Below, one piece after another: positions 38,717-44,774 of a DNA stretch of 44,774 nucleotides (the stretch's first letter is position 1; every line of letters begins with the position of its first letter). Below the pieces are notes generated by a model. It was not told the DNA's origin. It saw only the letters and a program-made list of their open reading frames with translations, and made no database searches. The translations under genes and the position numbers were made by a program. The stretch is from the IMG/VR virus record IMGVR_UViG_3300028792_000001, positions 1-44,774 of that record; one strand, given 5' to 3'. The DNA is from a virus. Lineage: Duplodnaviria; Caudoviricetes.

Positions 38717-39588
38717 GTAATATAAGTGTAGTTGTACCGACCGTTGATTATCGCCAAGAGATATTCGACCATTTCATGGAAGCATGGCGACCGCTGTTCG
38801 TAGTACATGATGTGAGGTTTATTAAGGTGTTGGATGGCGAAGAACCCAAACTCTATGACGGAGACAAGGAATACTCTATTAAAGACGTTATGGGCGAATA
38901 CGGCGATTGCTTGACGAACTTCAATGCCGGTATCAGAAATCTAGGTTTTGCCTATGTCGCAAAATATTTACCAGAAATTGAGTACATCATTACCCTAGAT
39001 GATGACGAAGTGCCTATCGGCGACCCCATCCAAGACCACATAGACGCTCTTAATCGTAAAGTACCAGTGAGTTGGATAAGTACCGCAGTAGATGATTACA
39101 CAAGAGGTTTCCCTTATGGGATACGAGAAGAAGCTGAAGTCGTACTATCACACGGAGTATGGGAGGGTGTAGCTGATTGGGACGCTGCCACTCAACTAGT
39201 CAAAGGTTCTCACCGCCCAATCGAGTTCTATAGAGGACCAATCCCTAAAGGAATCTATTTCCCAGTCTGTAGCATGAACCTAGCCTTTAAACGATGTATG
39301 CTACCGTATATCTATCAAGCTCCTTGGGCTTTAGGAATTAAACGGTTTGATGATATTCTGACAGGAGTAGAAGCTAAACGTGAAATAGACGAACACGGTT
39401 GGGCGGCTGTTACTGGTTATGCCCGTGTTCACCATGAGCGAGCTTCCAACGTATTTACGAATTTAGAGAATGAAGCTCCAGGTATGCGCCTGAACGAACA
39501 GTTCTGGCAGGGCGATGAATCCCACCCATATTTCAAAATATATAGAGAGAAGTATGCCCAATGGCACAAGTTTCTAGACCAGATTTAA
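38713..39588 (+). CDS. RGP / UDP-arabinopyranose mutase-like protein (GT75)
   Basis: YIITLDDD, RGFPYGIRE, SHGVW..VADWDAATQLVK, IPKG.YFPVCSMNLAF, RFDD and H.RASN.F.NL..E are collinear with plant RGP motifs. Confidence 0.85.
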   Translation: MSNISVVVPTVDYRQEIFDHFMEAWRPLFVVHDVRFIKVLDGEEPKLYDGDKEYSIKDVMGEYGDCLTNFNAGIRNLGFAYVAKYLPEIEYIITLDDDEVPIGDPIQDHIDALNRKVPVSWISTAVDDYTRGFPYGIREEAEVVLSHGVWEGVADWDAATQLVKGSHRPIEFYRGPIPKGIYFPVCSMNLAFKRCMLPYIYQAPWALGIKRFDDILTGVEAKREIDEHGWAAVTGYARVHHERASNVFTNLENEAPGMRLNEQFWQGDESHPYFKIYREKYAQWHKFLDQI

Positions 39589-40238
39589 CAGCAATTTATT
39601 ATACGTCTGAGGAAGCTCCTGATTTCTTTCGTGCCTCGTTGCAAGTTAAATTGCTTGAGGCTTTAGACGGTTTGCCTTTAGTAGTAGTAAAGAAACCTGC
39701 GGATATACCACGTTCCCAGGCTCAGATATACCGCCAAGTCTTACAAGGCGCCAAAGAAGCAACTACAGATTTCATAGCCTGTTGTGAGGACGATGTACTC
39801 TATTCTCCAGAACACTTTAAGTTCCGCCCCAAAGATGGGTATTGGGGATATAATATGAACGCTTGGAGTCTATTCACATGGGGCGAAACTTTGTTTAGTT
39901 ATAAAGCTCCTGGTGGGCGCAGGAATCTTAATGGACTTATCTGCGAAAGAAAAATGCTAATTGAACACCTGGAAGAACGATTTAAACTGTGGCCTGATGA
40001 TTCTAAGATAGATATTAGGATATTCGGGGAGCCTGGTAAGTATGACAACCAGTTAGGGACAACACCGTACCCATCACAAGATTTTTACATTAACCCACCC
40101 AATATAGTATTCTCACATGAAGCTAACTTACAGTTTAAGGGATTAGGCTATAGGAAGGGTTTGGGGCAGATTAGAGCTACCGAAGTCCCGTATTGGGGCA
40201 AAGCTGAAGAGTTACGTAAACTTTACTCTACAGAATGA
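39561..40238 (+). CDS. Putative GT-A glycosyltransferase
   Basis: ATTDFIACCEDDVLYSPEHF DxD-like motif; paralog of 41918-42577. Confidence 0.65.
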   Translation: MAQVSRPDLTAIYYTSEEAPDFFRASLQVKLLEALDGLPLVVVKKPADIPRSQAQIYRQVLQGAKEATTDFIACCEDDVLYSPEHFKFRPKDGYWGYNMNAWSLFTWGETLFSYKAPGGRRNLNGLICERKMLIEHLEERFKLWPDDSKIDIRIFGEPGKYDNQLGTTPYPSQDFYINPPNIVFSHEANLQFKGLGYRKGLGQIRATEVPYWGKAEELRKLYSTE

Positions 40239-40470
40239 TAAAATCTTCCCCATAAAGGTCCCCGTCTGTGAGAATCCAATCATAGTATCTATTATCCGAC
40301 TTGCGTATCATTAGATGTCCATCTTTGAGAATACCGAATATATTCCTATTACCCCATTCTAATTTAGTTACGTTCTTACCAGCCATAATTTCTTTAAGAG
40401 CTTCGTAGAAATCAAGCTCAGTTTTCTTAATTACTTTGGGAGGGCTAGGACTAATACTTTGTTGTCTCAT
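40228..40470 (-). CDS. DUF2829 / Tad2-like anti-defence (signal sponge) protein
   Basis: F.EAL....GK.V....W...LMI...D....W.....DL..ED pattern. Confidence 0.65.
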   Translation of the reverse strand: MRQQSISPSPPKVIKKTELDFYEALKEIMAGKNVTKLEWGNRNIFGILKDGHLMIRKSDNRYYDWILTDGDLYGEDFIIL

Positions 40471-40508
40471 ACACACAGATTGTATGCTATAATGTATAGT
40501 AAGTCAAT

Positions 40509-40949
40509 ATGAAGAAGATTAAACTCACACAAAATAGATATGCCTTAGTAGATGATGAGGACTTTGATGAACTTAATAAACATAAGTGGTGTTATTCAAT
40601 GCAAGGGTACGCAGTAAGAGACATAGGTGGAAGAAAGAACAAAACAAGGATTTTAATGCATCGCTTGATAAATAATACTTCTGCCAATTTATACACCGAC
40701 CACATCAACCGCAATAAACTAGATAATCGTCGCATAAATCTTAGGGCAGTTACACAAAGTGTAAACGGTCATAACTGTAAGCTGTCTAAGAATAATAAAT
40801 CAGGGTACAACGGAGTAGAGTGGTACAAAAATCGCTGGGTAGCAAATATTAAAGTAAACTATAAGAAGATATATCTAGGGCGTTACGAAAAATTAGAAGA
40901 GGCTGTAAAAGCCAGAAAGAAAGCTGAGGAGGTTTACCTTGAAGTATGA
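40509..40949 (+). CDS. HNH-AP2 homing endonuclease
   Basis: ALVDDED, MHRLI, TDHINRNKLDNRRINLR and YLGRY..LEEA..AR. Confidence 0.92.
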   Translation: MKKIKLTQNRYALVDDEDFDELNKHKWCYSMQGYAVRDIGGRKNKTRILMHRLINNTSANLYTDHINRNKLDNRRINLRAVTQSVNGHNCKLSKNNKSGYNGVEWYKNRWVANIKVNYKKIYLGRYEKLEEAVKARKKAEEVYLEV

Positions 40950-41934
40950 TTTGTCCGTGATAATACCAGCTCGCCAAGAGGAATGGCTATCTATTACAGT
41001 AGAGAAAATCTTGCAGGAAAAACGTGGCAAAACCGAAGTTATTGTTGTCTGTGATGGTAATTGGCCAGAGCCTGAGGTTAAAGACCATCCCGATGTGCGG
41101 ATTATTTATCTTAGTGAATCTGTTGGGCAACGGGCAGCACAGAACCTAGGAGCTCGTTTGAGTAGTGCTAAGTATGTTATGAAAGCAGATGCTCACGTTA
41201 GATTTTCAGAGGGTTTTGATGTTGAAATGCTTAAAGCCTTTGCCGAACTTGGGGATAATGTTACGATGGCTCCGATGTTGCTAAACCTCTGGTGTTATGA
41301 CTGGAAATGCCTAAAGTGCGGGTCAAGATGGTATCAGGGTCCGACGCCAACTAGGTGCATGAAGCGAGGCAAGAATACTTCAGAGGTGCTAGAACATCCT
41401 GAATGCGATGGGACTAAGTTTATTAAAAGAGTAGTCTTTAAGCCCCGACCTGACACTCCCCACTCTACATCGTTTCGTTTCGATAATATGCTACATTTCC
41501 AATATTTTGATGAGTATAAGGCTAAACAGGAGGGTGATTTAGTAGAATCTTTGAGTCTTCAGGGTTCGTGTTTTATGGCTACTAGAGAGAATTATTGGAA
41601 GAAACAACTATGCGATGAATCTTGGGGGTCATGGGGCCAGCAAGGCTCAGAAGTTGCGATGAAAACCTGGTTGTCTGGAGGTAGAGTGATTATGAACAAA
41701 CGTTGCTCTATGGCTCACCTCTTCCGTACTCAGCCTGGATTTAGTTTCCCTTATCCTCAATCAGGCAAGTCCCAACAAAAAGCCCGTGATATATGTAATG
41801 AGATATTCAAGAATAATAAATGGGAGCAACAGGTTCACCCCCTCAGCTGGCTTGTGGAGAAGTTCTGGCCCGTCCCAGGTTGGACTGACGAGGACTTGCG
41901 CAAGCTGAAAGAAGCCGATGCCAGAGTTAAGTAA
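40939..41934 (+). CDS. Polypeptide GalNAc-transferase (GT27)-like glycosyltransferase
   Basis: LSVIIP, GQRAA.N.GA, DAH, GSCF and WG....E....W.SGG......CS.AH.FR......PY; Cys-rich insertion. Confidence 0.85.
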   Translation: MKYDLSVIIPARQEEWLSITVEKILQEKRGKTEVIVVCDGNWPEPEVKDHPDVRIIYLSESVGQRAAQNLGARLSSAKYVMKADAHVRFSEGFDVEMLKAFAELGDNVTMAPMLLNLWCYDWKCLKCGSRWYQGPTPTRCMKRGKNTSEVLEHPECDGTKFIKRVVFKPRPDTPHSTSFRFDNMLHFQYFDEYKAKQEGDLVESLSLQGSCFMATRENYWKKQLCDESWGSWGQQGSEVAMKTWLSGGRVIMNKRCSMAHLFRTQPGFSFPYPQSGKSQQKARDICNEIFKNNKWEQQVHPLSWLVEKFWPVPGWTDEDLRKLKEADARVK

Positions 41935-42577
41935 GTCGATTATCTATTATAGTGATAGCCAACTCGACCCAAAGATAGCTGAACCAGTAAGACAGCAGTT
42001 ACTTAGTATTGGGCTACCCATAGTCAGCGCAACCCTAGAACCATTAGATTTTGGTGATAATTATCACGTTGAAATGAAACGAGGTTACGAAGCTTACTTT
42101 AATCAGATACTAACGTGTTTAGAGAATACTACTACAGATGTGGTATTTTTCTGCGAGCACGATAACTTAATGCACCCGTCACATTTTGATTTCACCCCGC
42201 CCACTAAAGATAAGTTCTACTACGATTTAAATTGGTGGAAAATTAGAAAAGATGGGCTGGCGGTTCACTGGGATGCAGTCCAAGTATCTGGACTATGTTG
42301 TTACCGTGAACTAGCCCTTAAACATTATATAGACCGACTTAAGAACTTTGACCCAGATAAGTTTGACCGTAAGTTTGAACCCACAGTTAATATTGAATAC
42401 GAGACTTGGTGGGCGGAATATCCAAGTCTTGACATCAGACACGAACAGAATCTCACATATAATAAGTGGTCGCTTGCCCATTTCAGAAATAAGGATACTG
42501 CTGTCAATTTCCAAAGTAGCACCATTGACCAGATAAAAGGTTGGGATTTAGAGACTATCAAGACATTGTTTGCATAA
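41918..42577 (+). CDS. Putative GT-A glycosyltransferase
   Basis: TTTDVVFFCEHDNLMHPSHF; paralog of 39561-40238. Confidence 0.65.
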   Translation: MPELSKSIIYYSDSQLDPKIAEPVRQQLLSIGLPIVSATLEPLDFGDNYHVEMKRGYEAYFNQILTCLENTTTDVVFFCEHDNLMHPSHFDFTPPTKDKFYYDLNWWKIRKDGLAVHWDAVQVSGLCCYRELALKHYIDRLKNFDPDKFDRKFEPTVNIEYETWWAEYPSLDIRHEQNLTYNKWSLAHFRNKDTAVNFQSSTIDQIKGWDLETIKTLFA

Positions 42578-42610
42578 TATGTTACCATGCAATTATAATT
42601 AAGGATAACT

Positions 42611-42853
42611 ATGTCGCTAACTGAAACTCGACCAAACAAAAATGCTGACGGTCATCTTGGTACTAAATGTTCAAATTGCGGTGGCTATGGGTTTACTCTT
42701 GGCATAGCTGGAACTGACCATGGTTGTAGATTTTGTAATCAAACTGGGGTAGCCCAACCAACTACGAGAGATATAGATACAAGACTCAATAATTTAGAAG
42801 CTGAAATTTATGGGTTAAAAAATATAATAACGAAAGCATTAGGTAAGATGTAA
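42611..42853 (+). CDS. Small CxxCxGxG zinc-finger protein
   Basis: CSNCGGYG...CRFCNQTG plus a coiled coil. Confidence 0.6.
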   Translation: MSLTETRPNKNADGHLGTKCSNCGGYGFTLGIAGTDHGCRFCNQTGVAQPTTRDIDTRLNNLEAEIYGLKNIITKALGKM

Positions 42854-43431
42854 TGTCGAGACAATTCTGGGTTGAGCTTTTGGCATGGGCGACTGCTACG
42901 GCTACCGCTATAGCTAACTCAACAACTGAAACTATAGTGTTTCCTAACGTAACCGTCCCTGCAAACTACATGCAGGATGGCAGAGCTTTACGGATGAAAT
43001 TGATGGGGTCTTATGGAACCACAGCCACACCAACACTTATATTTTCTGTCCGCTGGGGTGGGGTTGCTGGAACAGTTCTTGCAAAACAAGCAGCTAACGT
43101 GACTACGTCAGGTGTGGGTGGCGGTGCTTCCATGACTGCTATGTGGGAGGGCGAGGTAATGATTCAGACTCGTTCCAATGGTGCTACAGGAACACTGATG
43201 ACAAACGGTACGACAACACTGTTCACTAGTACACTACTAACTGCTGGTACAGTTACTAACTATGGTCAAACCGCCCCAATAGCGTCAGGTTCTACGGGTG
43301 GTACTACTCCTGTAGCCGTAACTGCTGATTTGACTGCTGATACCGCTCTCTCCATAACAGCTACTTGGGGAACAGCTAATGCCGCCAACAGTATCCAAGG
43401 AATGAATTACGAGTTAGAAAGCCGAAACTAG
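42853..43431 (+). CDS. Thr/Ala/Gly-rich virion accessory protein
   Basis: 192 aa beta-rich ORF in the late arm. Confidence 0.55.
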   Translation: MSRQFWVELLAWATATATAIANSTTETIVFPNVTVPANYMQDGRALRMKLMGSYGTTATPTLIFSVRWGGVAGTVLAKQAANVTTSGVGGGASMTAMWEGEVMIQTRSNGATGTLMTNGTTTLFTSTLLTAGTVTNYGQTAPIASGSTGGTTPVAVTADLTADTALSITATWGTANAANSIQGMNYELESRN

Positions 43432-43436
43432 ACCTC

Positions 43437-44003
43437 ATGGGAACATTAGGACCGAACAATGGCGGCACATTTGCCGATGATGCCACTGTGGGTACAATTG
43501 CTTGGACTAATCCTAGTAATGCCTCGGCTTCTGATAATATTTATGCGACGGCTTCTTTATTGGCTACCCAGATAACACACTATCTCAAATCAACTAATTT
43601 TGGTTTTGCCATCCCAACAGATGCGACTGTCATCGGGGTTACGGTTGATATTGAGCGCTCCCAAACAGGAGTTGGAGCAGCAGTTAATGATAGTTCAGTT
43701 AAATTAGTTAAGGGTGGAACGATTAGTGGAAACGAAAAAGCCACTGGAACAACCTACCCAACGACTGATGCTTATGCAACCTATGGTTCAGCCAGTGATT
43801 TATGGGGGTTGACTTTAACCCCAGCAGACATAAATTTATCTACTTTTGGGGTAGTTATAGCCTCGACTGATACAGTGGCTGGTACTGCTCAAATTGACCA
43901 TGTTCGTATTACAATTGATTATACGGGTTCAAATAGAGGCACAAACCAGAATAAATATTTTAGAGTTGGGGCTGGTATGAGTCGAAGTGAGGGTGGTAGC
44001 TAA
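43437..44003 (+). CDS. Jelly-roll-like virion accessory protein
   Basis: WTNPSNA..SD..YA...FGFAIP..A...G...DLWG...IDHVRITI pattern. Confidence 0.55.
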   Translation: MGTLGPNNGGTFADDATVGTIAWTNPSNASASDNIYATASLLATQITHYLKSTNFGFAIPTDATVIGVTVDIERSQTGVGAAVNDSSVKLVKGGTISGNEKATGTTYPTTDAYATYGSASDLWGLTLTPADINLSTFGVVIASTDTVAGTAQIDHVRITIDYTGSNRGTNQNKYFRVGAGMSRSEGGS

Positions 44004-44749
44004 TGGCTAGGTTATTTAATGGTACTAGCGATGTAATCACCGCAACAATGGCAGCAGTTGATAGTGGCGATTGGACAATGGGTTGTTGGTTCAAGACAAA
44101 TGCTAACACAAATTACTATGGTTTATTTGCTATAGCAACAGGCGCAGATGCCAGAATACAAGAAATATTTATCGAAATACCAGCGACAACAGGCGAGTCA
44201 ACTTTCAGAGCTAACCAATATGCAGCCACAACCAATGCTGATACGATACCAGCTACCGGAAATGCTATCTCTAATGGTGTATGGTACTGTTTCGTAGCTA
44301 CATTTAGGGCTTCTGATGGAAAAATACGTATTTACAAAGGCACATTGACAGCAAGTATGGCTGAACCAACTTATTTCAGACAAACCGTCTTGGCTGGAGC
44401 GAGAACAACAGGAGGTACGGCAGTTAATCTTGGAAGATTTAATGCGACTACGGCTCTTTACTTTAACGGCGCACTTGCTTACCCATTTTTTGCGAAAAAA
44501 GAGTGGACACTTGCAGAAAGTGAAGTATATCGGCATGGTAGAATCCCAATAACAAGTTTGCAAAATATGTGGATGTTGACGAATCCAGACGTAACCATAA
44601 ATTTTGACCAGATAGGTGGGGCTAATGGCACCAATACAGGTGTCACGGTAAACCCTGACCCAATACCATTCTTCTTACCAAGTGGTTTAAACAATTATCA
44701 ATTTGTAAGTGCCGGCGATGGCATGTCTGTCAGTGAGAAAATCAGATGA
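44003..44749 (+). CDS. LamG / concanavalin-A-like lectin-fold virion protein
   Basis: LFNGTSD, WTMGCWFK, NGVWY..VAT, IRIY.G and YFNGAL patterns. Confidence 0.7.
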   Translation: MARLFNGTSDVITATMAAVDSGDWTMGCWFKTNANTNYYGLFAIATGADARIQEIFIEIPATTGESTFRANQYAATTNADTIPATGNAISNGVWYCFVATFRASDGKIRIYKGTLTASMAEPTYFRQTVLAGARTTGGTAVNLGRFNATTALYFNGALAYPFFAKKEWTLAESEVYRHGRIPITSLQNMWMLTNPDVTINFDQIGGANGTNTGVTVNPDPIPFFLPSGLNNYQFVSAGDGMSVSEKIR

Positions 44750-44774
44750 AAACATATGTTCAGTCTAATAGTAA
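44648..44774. repeat. Terminal direct repeat, copy 2
   Basis: Identical to 1-127. Confidence 0.97.

Noticed and set aside
34141-42577. DNA hypermodification cluster
   Set aside because: There is no nucleotide kinase, hydroxymethylase, thymidylate synthase or polymerase. The cluster lies among virion genes and the GTs resemble protein or glycan transferases. Less likely, but not formally excluded.
44648-44774. Biological terminal repeat of the virion DNA
   Set aside because: 127 nt matches a common assembler k-mer overlap and falls mid-gene. It shows circularity, not physical genome ends.

Overview
The window is a complete, circularly permuted tailed-phage genome of about 44,647 bp; the first 127 nt repeat exactly at the end. 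It looks podovirus-like, with no tape measure or tail sheath gene. The + strand late arm runs terS, terL, portal, scaffold, major capsid, decoration proteins, a ~9 kb glycosylation cluster, lectin-like virion proteins, internal virion proteins, tail proteins and lysis genes. The - strand early arm carries small genes, RusA, YopX and a Cas4-like nuclease. I found no integrase, repressor, polymerase, helicase or tRNA. The main observation is an apparently self-contained protein O-glycosylation system. Three virion-region proteins carry long mucin-like (S-P-S-A/S-S-x)n tracts. The same late arm encodes two enzymes with polypeptide GalNAc-transferase (GT27)-like motifs, a plant RGP-like UDP-arabinopyranose mutase (GT75), a DUF616-like GT, two more GT-A enzymes, a UDP-sugar dehydrogenase and two methyltransferases. 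Other notable features: eight HNH genes, one splitting the Cas4-like gene and one leaving a displaced 3' end of its target gene; three copies of an operator-containing early promoter; iteron-like repeats inside a zinc-finger gene; a candidate antisense sRNA switch; several structured intergenic RNAs; and a Tad2-like anti-defence gene. All functional calls come from motif recognition by eye, not from database searches.
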